Part shown: piece by piece, positions 18,756 through 25,874 of the stretch
Layout of the letters: the number at the start of each line of letters is the position of its first letter
Position numbering within the stretch: position 1 is the first letter of the stretch
Notes under the pieces: generated by a model
Database searches by the model: none
Told to the model about the DNA's origin: nothing
The model's input: the letters and a program-made list of their open reading frames with translations, nothing else
Translations under genes and position numbers: made by a program
Assembly: GCA_042216335.1 (NCBI GenBank)
Contig: JBDGTY010000048.1
Location: 2,811-38,738, forward strand
Direction of reading: 5' to 3'
DNA: 35,928 nucleotides
Origin: Candidatus Nanohalobium sp.
GTDB lineage: Archaea; Nanohalarchaeota; Nanosalinia; Nanosalinales; Nanosalinaceae

Positions 18756-19544
18756 ATGAAAGTCAAGAACAGTCAGTTTCTCCCGGGAAAACCTTCAGAC
18801 CAGGATGAGATGAAGGAGATGCAGAGAAAGATAGCCCGGCAGGCAGTCTTCAGCGACAGCACAGACTATGAACCGGAAGAAGTAGAGGACATGACTGTGG
18901 CAGGCATTGATCAGGCGTTCACAGATGAAAAATCTGTCAGTGCCGCAGTCGCCTTGAAAGACGGCGAAATAATCGAGGAGGTTTCCGCAGCAGAAAAGAC
19001 CCCGATGCCGTACACCCCAGGTTTACTGGCTTTCCGTGAGGGCGGCGCGATAGTCTCAGCGCTGGAAAAGCTTGAGGTAGAACCTGATCTATTGATCCTG
19101 GACGGATCTGGTAGAATACATTTCCGTCAGGCCGGTATCGCCACACATATCGGTGTGATGTTCGACGTTCCGGCGATCGGGGTGGCGAAGAACCTGCTCT
19201 GTGGTGAAGTTAATCTGCCGGAGAAGATGCAGGAGGGGGATAAAAGGAAAATTTATGCCGATGACTCTGTGGAGAATCTGGATGAAGGAGTTCTCGGTTA
19301 CGCATACCAGTCCCGGCAGTACTCATCACCAAACCGCAGCATCAACCCTCTGTACATAAGTCCTGGCCACAGATTAGGTCCTGGAACATCGGTGAAGATC
19401 GTCTCCAGGTTCTGCAAAGGCTACAAGCTGCCTGAGCCGACACGGATCGCAGATCGAAAAGTATCAGAATTAAAGGAAAATACCGTTGACGTGGTTGGAT
19501 TCAAAAAACTATCCAAGAACAGTTTATCCATAGAGGGCTCTTAG
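18756..19544 (+). CDS. nfi: endonuclease V
   Basis: VAGIDQA, PYTPGLLAFRE, DGSGRIH, GVAK, LYISPGH, KLPEPTRIAD. Confidence 0.94.
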   Translation: MKVKNSQFLPGKPSDQDEMKEMQRKIARQAVFSDSTDYEPEEVEDMTVAGIDQAFTDEKSVSAAVALKDGEIIEEVSAAEKTPMPYTPGLLAFREGGAIVSALEKLEVEPDLLILDGSGRIHFRQAGIATHIGVMFDVPAIGVAKNLLCGEVNLPEKMQEGDKRKIYADDSVENLDEGVLGYAYQSRQYSSPNRSINPLYISPGHRLGPGTSVKIVSRFCKGYKLPEPTRIADRKVSELKENTVDVVGFKKLSKNSLSIEGS

Positions 19545-19608
19545 TTCAGCCTGGCAGAACGTCTCCCTGGCACGGAGAAGGCCCTGGGTTCAAATCCCAG
19601 AGAGTCCA
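19535..19608 (+). tRNA. tRNA-Ala(GGC)
   Basis: Acceptor GGGCTCT/AGAGTCC-A with G3:U70, anticodon arm TCTCC-CT-GGC-AC-GGAGA, T arm CTGGG-TTCAAAT-CCCAG. Confidence 0.96.
19598..19608 (+). repeat. attL core CAGAGAGTCCA (last 11 nt of tRNA-Ala)
   Basis: Identical to 24996-25006. Confidence 0.85.
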
Positions 19609-19612
19609 AACC

Positions 19613-19659
19613 TACCCCCGAGTACAGTTTTTCACCAAACTGTTTAAGAGAGGCTTCTC
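19613..19659. repeat. left-end blocks C' TACCCCCGA (19613), A' TTTTTCACCA (19628), B' GAGGCTTCTC (19650)
   Basis: Each is the exact reverse complement of a block in 24942-24987. Confidence 0.85.
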
Positions 19660-19673
19660 GACCAAAATCGTTT

Positions 19674-21098
19674 ATGGAAACACAAACACGAGAAGCCGAA
19701 AAAATGCCATTTCAAGCCGTCAAGCAGACAAACCAGAAACTTCACTCAAACCCTGAAATATCCGAACATAACAAAGAAGTTCTAGATGAATTCTTCCGAA
19801 CCATGCAAACTAGAGGAACAGGAGAATCCACACTCAAGGACTATGCCTCTAGATTCAACTCACTATCAGAATACATAGACTTTGAGCTAGATGAAGCTGA
19901 TAGAAGAGATCTGGAAAATATTATAGCAGGTTTTAATACAGATCATATCACAAAAAGAAACGGAAAACCTTACAGCGACTATTCTAAGAAAAAGTTCTGG
20001 AAAACAATCAGTGTATTCTATAACAGTTTCATTGGTAAGAAGGGAAAAGGCTTCAAAGAGGAAGTAGATGGCACAGAACTCATAGAAGATCTAGAAATTA
20101 GCACTAATATCGACCATGACATAGACCTTGAGACTCGACCCACTCCAGAGCATGTCCAAAGCGTAGCAGAGCAGACAAACAACCTTCGGGATCGTGCTCT
20201 CATACTATTCGGATGGGCTACAGGCAGTCGAATCGGGGAACTAAGCAAGACCCCCGACCATCAGCAACATCCAGAACCCATCAAGTGGAAAGACATCAAA
20301 TTCAAAGAAAAAGAGATGCATGTCACACTTGAAGGAAAGACAGGCAAGAGAACAATACCTATACGGGTATCAATGCCAGTGATGAAGCAACTATTCAATG
20401 AAGAGAATCCTGATTTAGCTGATCCGGTATTCCAACAAATGCAACCACGCTTATACTGTCCTGAGTGTGGAGAACGAGCTAAAAGTTTAGGAAGGAGAAA
20501 CTACGAAAACAGGATTTACAGATGTACCTCTGATGGGTGTGAATGGGAGGGAAAACATACCGATGCCGTAAAGAGAAGGAAGCCTATGAAGGATCAAGAC
20601 ATGAGAAAAGTTTTGAGAAACGCCGTAAAGCAGGCTAAAAACAAAGATCTAATACCCGACACCATCACTAGAAAACCTCATTGGTTCTGGAGGGATGCAA
20701 GGGCTTTGTATTGGGCTTCAAAAGATAAGAATGAGCAATTTCTTAGATCCTTCTTTGGCTGGAGTTCAACCAGTGATGCACCTAAACACTACTTAGAAGT
20801 AATGCAAGAAAGCGTTCTATCAGGAGTTAGAGAGGACTTCGGTGAAGAACTTTCCGAGAGTGAGAGAAGATTTAATCAAGATAGCTTGAAACCTTGGAAA
20901 TGCCATTGTGGGGAATGGGTATCCCATCTTCAGGGCTATTGTCCAGAATGTGGTAGTGAAGCGACAGAAAAGTTGGAAGAACATAACAAACCTGATAGAT
21001 CCGAACTGCAAGAAGTCCGTGACAAGGCTGAGAGGGCAGGCTATTCGGAAGATCAATTCAGGGATATAGTCCAAGGGGTCTTAGAAAACCTAAACTGA
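19674..21098 (+). CDS. tyrosine recombinase/integrase with two zinc-ribbon segments
   Basis: RDRAL...TGSRIGE (R), GKTG (K), HWFWR, FFGW, PKHY (Y); CPEC..CTSDGC insert and C-terminal CHC..CPEC. Confidence 0.92.
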   Translation: METQTREAEKMPFQAVKQTNQKLHSNPEISEHNKEVLDEFFRTMQTRGTGESTLKDYASRFNSLSEYIDFELDEADRRDLENIIAGFNTDHITKRNGKPYSDYSKKKFWKTISVFYNSFIGKKGKGFKEEVDGTELIEDLEISTNIDHDIDLETRPTPEHVQSVAEQTNNLRDRALILFGWATGSRIGELSKTPDHQQHPEPIKWKDIKFKEKEMHVTLEGKTGKRTIPIRVSMPVMKQLFNEENPDLADPVFQQMQPRLYCPECGERAKSLGRRNYENRIYRCTSDGCEWEGKHTDAVKRRKPMKDQDMRKVLRNAVKQAKNKDLIPDTITRKPHWFWRDARALYWASKDKNEQFLRSFFGWSSTSDAPKHYLEVMQESVLSGVREDFGEELSESERRFNQDSLKPWKCHCGEWVSHLQGYCPECGSEATEKLEEHNKPDRSELQEVRDKAERAGYSEDQFRDIVQGVLENLN

Positions 21099-21115
21099 GA
21101 TTTAGGTCAACTACT

Positions 21116-21280
21116 TCATTTCTTGCATTCTTTCAGCTTAAATACCATCTTAAAGTGGGAAGAAAGACCACAGTCTACACAAGTCTGTTTAGGGAAAAGA
21201 AATCTTGTAGTATCTGTAACCCTGTGCGAATCTTCTCCAGATAGATGACTTATCTCTGTTAAATCTACGTCTTCAGTCAT
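21116..21280 (-). CDS. 54-aa CxxC microprotein; not in ORF track
   Basis: Manual translation MTEDVDLTEISHLSGEDSHRVTDTTRFLFPKQTCVDCGLSSHFKMVFKLKECKK. Confidence 0.5.
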   Translation of the reverse strand: MTEDVDLTEISHLSGEDSHRVTDTTRFLFPKQTCVDCGLSSHFKMVFKLKECKK

Positions 21281-21311
21281 AATATACCAATCTTATACCA
21301 ACCTATTAAAA

Positions 21312-21617
21312 TCATCGGATGTCTTTACCACACCCAGGACATTTGCCTTGATTTTTCTCCAGAGCTTTGGAGCTAAGAAGGGCATCACACTCACTGCACT
21401 GAATCTCTTCTACCTTGTCATAGAGTGCATCAGGATTGATATTCTCGTCTAAGAATTCCTTGAACTTCTCCTCTACGAGGTCGCTCATAGTCAAACTGCT
21501 ATGTTCCAACTCTTCTTTTACTCTATCCTTTAATTCAGGTGGCAAAGTTACGGTTAGCCGTTTCTTATCTCGGTTTTTAGACCAACTTTCTTTTTCCCTC
21601 TTCTTTCTGTGTATCAT
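21312..21617 (-). CDS. ribbon-helix-helix protein with C-terminal zinc ribbon
   Basis: KRLTVTLPPELKDRVK...TMSDLVEE RHH pattern; CSEC..CPGC. Confidence 0.75.
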   Translation of the reverse strand: MIHRKKREKESWSKNRDKKRLTVTLPPELKDRVKEELEHSSLTMSDLVEEKFKEFLDENINPDALYDKVEEIQCSECDALLSSKALEKNQGKCPGCGKDIR

Positions 21618-21734
21618 CCGTACGTACGCCTCAAACTCTCCGAAAAGAATGACTCATTAATTAAATAATCTAATTAAATAAGAGCCTATTTCTACAGATT
21701 TTAACCGTACGTACACTAATAGCGGATTAAATAA
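21618..21734. repeat. clustered short repeats (CCGTACGTAC x2; TAATTAAATAA x2 plus ATTAAATAA)
   Basis: Copies at 21618 and 21705; 21658, 21671 and 21726. Confidence 0.7.
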
Positions 21735-21762
21735 CCGACTTAGATAAGTTGTCAAATTCCTG

Positions 21763-22299
21763 TTATTCACTAATTTCCGCCCGTAAATCCTGAATTTCAG
21801 ATTTTAAGTCTTGTATTCCTTCCTCATATTCCTCTATTTTCTCATCTCTTCGAGCTATCCTCCTCTCAATATTTTGCTCTATAGTGCTCCTAAGTTCAGA
21901 ATTATTCTCTACATCATAATTTGATTTTTCTGCGTAACGACGGTATGTTTGGTTTCTAATTTGGCTTTCTGACTTATTCTTTTCCTCTCTAAGTTTCGAT
22001 TTTAGGTCTTCTATTTTGTTCTGCTTTCTATCTATTTTTTCTTGCTTTTTCTGTTTTTCTTTTCTTTCTTCTAACATAGATAATCGTTTGCTGTGTTTTA
22101 TCACTTCTTTGAGTTTTCTGCCTATTTGGCTACGCTTTTGACTTATTTTAGTTTCAAGATCGGTTTGTTCGTCAATTTCTTTCAGCTTATCCTTGAATAA
22201 AGCACTTCTACCGCCATAAATATCTTCTATTAGATCCTCATTCCGCTCCCAAATTTCCTGAGCTTCCTCATCCAAACTTATAGACTCAACATCTGCCAT
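21763..22299 (-). CDS. coiled-coil protein, K/E-rich
   Basis: Long heptad-like K/E/Q stretch; ATG 22299 preceded by GGAGAG. Confidence 0.7.
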   Translation of the reverse strand: MADVESISLDEEAQEIWERNEDLIEDIYGGRSALFKDKLKEIDEQTDLETKISQKRSQIGRKLKEVIKHSKRLSMLEERKEKQKKQEKIDRKQNKIEDLKSKLREEKNKSESQIRNQTYRRYAEKSNYDVENNSELRSTIEQNIERRIARRDEKIEEYEEGIQDLKSEIQDLRAEISE

Positions 22300-22561
22300 C
22301 TTTGCTCTCCTTACCGGATTTGAAGAACAAGTCAAAATCATCTCGACCTAATATAATATCTAAAAGTCGGCGGAGAATTTCGTTTCGTGAAATATCTTTT
22401 TCTTCGCTTAAACTGTCAAGCTGTTCCCGCTGAAATTCATAGAGGTTAACACTACAACGGCGTTTTTCCTCTTTTGTATCTTCACCAAAGCCTTCTTCAA
22501 GAGGTTGCTCTAGATTCTGTTTTAGCTCGTACATCCTCTCCCCCAACGCCGAGGCTACCAT
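22286..22561 (-). CDS. CopG/RHH-like DNA-binding protein (start uncertain)
   Basis: RCSVNLYEFQREQLDSLSEEKDISRNEILRRLLD. Confidence 0.72.
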   Translation of the reverse strand: MVASALGERMYELKQNLEQPLEEGFGEDTKEEKRRCSVNLYEFQREQLDSLSEEKDISRNEILRRLLDIILGRDDFDLFFKSGKESKDGRC

Positions 22562-22613
22562 CCTCGGCTTCTTTTTCCAGTTCTTCTTTCAAGATTTTGA
22601 GATAATCTGTCAT
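22497..22613 (-). CDS. 38-aa microprotein; not in ORF track
   Basis: MTDYLKILKEELEKEAEDGSLGVGGEDVRAKTESRATS, starts 4 nt after upstream stop, GAGG upstream; overlaps next ORF. Confidence 0.4.
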   Translation of the reverse strand: MTDYLKILKEELEKEAEDGSLGVGGEDVRAKTESRATS

Positions 22614-22617
22614 TTGA

Positions 22618-22794
22618 TCAATCCTCTAGAAAGTCATCCAACTTTTTCCGAAGCTCGTGGACTTGTCCTTTATAGAGGAAGGTAGTTCCTGTACCGTCCT
22701 TCATCTTCAGGATTGGCTCTTCATCTCCCCATGTGTTTACAGGCTTCTCTTCTTCCTTAATCTCAGAAACCTCAAAGCGGTTTTGTCTAGCCAT
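22618..22794 (-). CDS. 58-aa protein; not in ORF track
   Basis: MARQNRFEVSEIKEEEKPVNTWGDEEPILKMKDGTGTTFLYKGQVHELRKKLDDFLED; TAATG coupling to upstream ORF. Confidence 0.65.
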   Translation of the reverse strand: MARQNRFEVSEIKEEEKPVNTWGDEEPILKMKDGTGTTFLYKGQVHELRKKLDDFLED

Positions 22795-22931
22795 TACTCA
22801 CACTCCTGAACTTTCTCTTTGGCAGCTTCAACAACTTCTTGTTTGTCGCCTACAAAAGAAGTTCTTTCGCCCCATTTTTTGACGCTTTTAGCTCTTTCAC
22901 ATGTGTCGAATTGTGGATTGTCATTTGCCAT
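22794..22931 (-). CDS. 45-aa protein; not in ORF track
   Basis: MANDNPQFDTCERAKSVKKWGERTSFVGDKQEVVEAAKEKVQECE; GGTGG upstream; first gene of leftward operon. Confidence 0.55.
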   Translation of the reverse strand: MANDNPQFDTCERAKSVKKWGERTSFVGDKQEVVEAAKEKVQECE

Positions 22932-23140
22932 AGATAACCACCGCCCCAGGGTGCCGGGACTATCCATATCTTTATTTTTTAGTTAATATAAGCGTTTGTC
23001 AAAGACTTTTTGACAGAACTAAGCTCTTATAGAACATAAATACAAATATCACGGGTTTTAGGCGGTTCTAATGCTTATCAAATATTGATAAACCCTTCTT
23101 CACCACATGATTTACATATATCTTTGAAATACCAATTAGC

Positions 23141-23722
23141 ATGGAAATAGTGGCTGCGATTCAAGGTGTTCAAAGTGGAAATAAGCCAGTAGTAATGAAG
23201 ATGGGGAAGTCGGCAGACGATAAGATTGAGCTATGGGTTGAGGACAAGAGAGGACAGATCTGTGGAAACATGCATGTTTTCTCGCAGAACCAATTCTCAG
23301 AATTTTTCACGGAGGCTTTAGCTAACTCGCCTGAAAAAATGAAGTTTCCTGCTAATTCAAGGACTAGAATGCTGGAAAGTTTAATCAAATCTTTACCCTC
23401 GGAAGAAATCGGAAATCTCAATTTAGATTCGGAGGTTGAGGAGAAAATGAAGAAAGTAGTGGATTTCAGTAACCGGAAGTCTAAGAAGAAGCTGGAGGCT
23501 TTAGAGAGAATTTGGAGTTTGGAACAGCCATTTCTAGCGAGAGAATTTAAAGAAAATACTCATTATACGGATGCGGAAGCCCAAAGCCTACTGCAATCGC
23601 TTAAAAATCAGGGCTTTCTCAAGAACTCGAAAGTTGAACATCCGGAAGATGGAAGAATAAACTACGAATATAGGATTTCACAAAAAGCTGAAGACTACAT
23701 AAATCATTTCTCAGAACGGTAG
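23141..23722 (+). CDS. hypothetical protein with probable C-terminal winged helix
   Basis: FLAREFKE...AEAQSLLQSLKNQGFL...YRISQKA wHTH-like pattern. Confidence 0.65.
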   Translation: MEIVAAIQGVQSGNKPVVMKMGKSADDKIELWVEDKRGQICGNMHVFSQNQFSEFFTEALANSPEKMKFPANSRTRMLESLIKSLPSEEIGNLNLDSEVEEKMKKVVDFSNRKSKKKLEALERIWSLEQPFLAREFKENTHYTDAEAQSLLQSLKNQGFLKNSKVEHPEDGRINYEYRISQKAEDYINHFSER

Positions 23723-23723
23723 A

Positions 23724-23987
23724 CTAACTAGAGTCTAACTTGTCCCTAATCTCTTCTCCTTCCTCTGTTTTGCTGTAGAGTCTACCCTGCTTATCTTCTG
23801 GATTCAACACTTCCACAAGATCCTTATCTTTCAGTTCGATTAATGCCCTACTAACATGTGACTGGTGAAGGTCTAACTCATCGGCTAGTTCTGAAGGCAT
23901 AGATGGTTCCGAAAGTGCTTGAAGCACTTTCTTCCTATATTTGGATCGCTTGACAAAAGATAACTTATTCCAGTTTACATCATTCAT
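23724..23987 (-). CDS. ArsR/MarR-like winged-helix regulator
   Basis: SKYRKKVLQAL..PSMPSELA..L....SHVSRAL.EL...DLVE...KQGRLY..TEEG. Confidence 0.88.
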   Translation of the reverse strand: MNDVNWNKLSFVKRSKYRKKVLQALSEPSMPSELADELDLHQSHVSRALIELKDKDLVEVLNPEDKQGRLYSKTEEGEEIRDKLDSS

Positions 23988-24073
23988 AGAATATGATGAA
24001 ATACCATCAAAAAGTAGGAATTCTACCATCTACATACCAAAAACATATCAAAGTAGGTGAGGTGAACTGAGTT

Positions 24074-24748
24074 ATGAAGAAAATTATAGCCATTCTGGTT
24101 ATCCTAATGATTATTCCTGTTGCTTTATCTGTCAACGAAACCGAAAGAGAAGTAGAAGACAGAAAAGAGAAAGAAGTTGAGCGGGAGGAAGAAAATGCTA
24201 CAGAAGACGACCCAGACGAAAGAAAGTATCGAGGGCCCGAAGAAAAGAGTGTAAGAAGGGTGCCTAAAATCAACTCACCAAAGGTGACTATTGAAGCTCC
24301 CTCTTCAGTAACCGTCAACGAAGGAGAAACTGAAATGATTGAAGCTAAGATAAAGATGGAACAAGGCGGTGCAGGGATCCAAGCATTTACATTCTGCGAC
24401 TGGAACTTCTACTCGGGCACAGTAAAGACTGGAAGCTTAAGAGCAGGAGAAACACTGACATGGCAGATACCGGTACAGTTTAACTCAGACTCAGAAGATC
24501 AGAAAAGAATTCAGGGAACCTGTAAGGCATACATACTAGGAAACTCTAAAGAGAATCTCAACTATGTCAAAAAGATCAATGTAACCGGAGTTCAGGAGGA
24601 AATATGCGAACCAGGAGAAATAAAGACTGAAACTAAATTCGGCTCTCAAATAACCTACCAATGCAATAAAGGACTAGCATGGGATCCAATACAAGTAGGA
24701 AATGCGAAAGACGCATCAGGCGGAGGGTTCTTCGGACTGTTTGGCTAG
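24074..24748 (+). CDS. secreted/surface protein, probable beta-sandwich domain
   Basis: Signal peptide MKKIIAILVILMIIPVALS, GGTGAGGTGA RBS, four Cys, beta-rich body, C-terminal GGGFFGLFG. Confidence 0.75.
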   Translation: MKKIIAILVILMIIPVALSVNETEREVEDRKEKEVEREEENATEDDPDERKYRGPEEKSVRRVPKINSPKVTIEAPSSVTVNEGETEMIEAKIKMEQGGAGIQAFTFCDWNFYSGTVKTGSLRAGETLTWQIPVQFNSDSEDQKRIQGTCKAYILGNSKENLNYVKKINVTGVQEEICEPGEIKTETKFGSQITYQCNKGLAWDPIQVGNAKDASGGGFFGLFG

Positions 24749-24752
24749 TTTG

Positions 24753-24905
24753 TTATTTTTTCTCTATTTCTAGTTTATCGCTACTTAATGGCTTAAATTC
24801 AACTTCTGTCCCCTGTTCTAGCTCTAGGGCATCCGCAAAGTCTTTAGGTATAGTCACTAAGATTTGTCCGTTCGAACCTTCTTGGACTTTTCGAGTGGCA
24901 GGCAT
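24753..24905 (-). CDS. AbrB/MazE/SpoVT family DNA-binding protein (50 aa)
   Basis: RKVQ..SNGQILVTIPKDFADALELEQGTEVEF; ATG 24905. Confidence 0.88.
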   Translation of the reverse strand: MPATRKVQEGSNGQILVTIPKDFADALELEQGTEVEFKPLSSDKLEIEKK

Positions 24906-24911
24906 AAGGTT

Positions 24912-24937
24912 GAAAACGCTTATAGTTTTACATATAA
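24912..24937. promoter_or_regulatory. overlapping divergent BRE/TATA-like elements at element right end
   Basis: + strand GAAAACGCTTATAG and TTTACATATA; - strand TTATATGT ~25-30 nt upstream of the AbrB ATG. Confidence 0.5.
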
Positions 24938-24941
24938 TCTG

Positions 24942-24987
24942 TGGTGAAAAATACCACATAGAGAAGCCTCCATCATAGTCGGGGGTA
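24942..24987. repeat. right-end blocks A TGGTGAAAAA (24942), B GAGAAGCCTC (24961), C TCGGGGGTA (24979)
   Basis: Reverse complements of blocks in 19613-19659. Confidence 0.85.
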
Positions 24988-24995
24988 TAGTAGGA

Positions 24996-25006
24996 CAGAG
25001 AGTCCA
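24996..25006 (+). repeat. attR core CAGAGAGTCCA
   Basis: Identical to tRNA-Ala 3' end; coincides with return to host-like composition. Confidence 0.85.
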
Positions 25007-25019
25007 TTAATATCTGTGT

Positions 25020-25508
25020 TCAGTTTTTGAACAGTTCCTGTGCATGCCTGTAGAGAGGTGCGCCCATCCATGAAAGCTGTTCCGCCAATTCCTCAAGTTT
25101 ATCAAGTGCTTCCTCTTCTTCCAGTATCTCGCGCTTGATTAGTGCTTTCAGCGCAATCGGTGAGATCGCTACCCTGGCGTCTACCAGTTTCTGTAGTTCG
25201 GGCAGCGCCCTGAAGTCGTCGGTTACCATGAAATCAGCATCTTTTCCGTTTGCGAGTCCTGCTACGCTTCCTTCTCCACTGTCGATGCGGCAGGATTCGA
25301 ATACTTCCTCGACTTCACAAACTTCCATCTTTTGCAGGTTATCCAGTACTTCCTCGGCTGCTTCTCCATGCCTGTCGTCGTATCTGGTAGTTTCTTCCAG
25401 TTCCTCCACCACTTTTTCAGTAGTGGCTACTTCGAATTCTTCAAGAAAAACTTCCAACAACTCTACTGAAGCCAGTGGGATCAGGCTGCTAGTATCAGCT
25501 GCTATCAT
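25020..25508 (-). CDS. PIN-domain protein (VapC-like)
   Basis: IAADTSSLI, VVEEL, DSGE, VTDD acidic active-site pattern. Confidence 0.85.
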   Translation of the reverse strand: MIAADTSSLIPLASVELLEVFLEEFEVATTEKVVEELEETTRYDDRHGEAAEEVLDNLQKMEVCEVEEVFESCRIDSGEGSVAGLANGKDADFMVTDDFRALPELQKLVDARVAISPIALKALIKREILEEEEALDKLEELAEQLSWMGAPLYRHAQELFKN

Positions 25509-25517
25509 CTAAATTCA

Positions 25518-25820
25518 CTAGAGGTCTGCCATCTCTTCCGCTGCCTCTTCTCTGCTGTCCAGTATCTCTTTGGAGCTTCTGACGGCCTCCGCGTCCCGCC
25601 AACCGATGAACTCCTTCATCACTTCGAAGTTGATCCTATCCTCAAGGTAGAGTTCTGTGACTTTCTCCCTGAACTTCTCATCTTCTTCCACATCCTCCAG
25701 ATAGTCTTTCAGGGCCTCCCTGACGATCTCCGTCCTGTTCCTGTGGGTTACCTCGGCAGCCACATCGGCCTTCTTAACCAGTTCATCCGGCAGGCGGAAG
25801 TTGACGCGTGTACTACTCAT
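25518..25820 (-). CDS. RHH antitoxin-like protein
   Basis: TRVNFRLPDELVKKAD...NRTEIVREAL; directly upstream of PIN gene; ATG 25820. Confidence 0.85.
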   Translation of the reverse strand: MSSTRVNFRLPDELVKKADVAAEVTHRNRTEIVREALKDYLEDVEEDEKFREKVTELYLEDRINFEVMKEFIGWRDAEAVRSSKEILDSREEAAEEMADL

Positions 25821-25874
25821 GTCTACACAATATACATACAGATTTAAATCTCTTTCCAAACAAAGACAGGACTC

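Larger units (their letters stand above)
19598..25006. mobile_element. ~5.4 kb tyrosine-integrase element inserted at tRNA-Ala 3' end
   Basis: 11-bp direct repeat CAGAGAGTCCA at both ends, integrase beside the tRNA, visibly AT-richer sequence, many small DNA-binding ORFs. Confidence 0.88.

Noticed and set aside
22741-22749. Extra partial copy of block B' (AGGCTTCTC)
   Set aside because: Inside a coding region and without companion blocks; likely chance
19613-24987. Element ends as IS/transposon terminal inverted repeats
   Set aside because: Blocks are in shuffled order, no DDE transposase is present, and the boundaries are a tRNA-derived direct repeat
24906-25007. N-terminal extension of AbrB ORF from 25007
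   Set aside because: Crosses attR and the repeat blocks; AbrB similarity begins at ATG 24905
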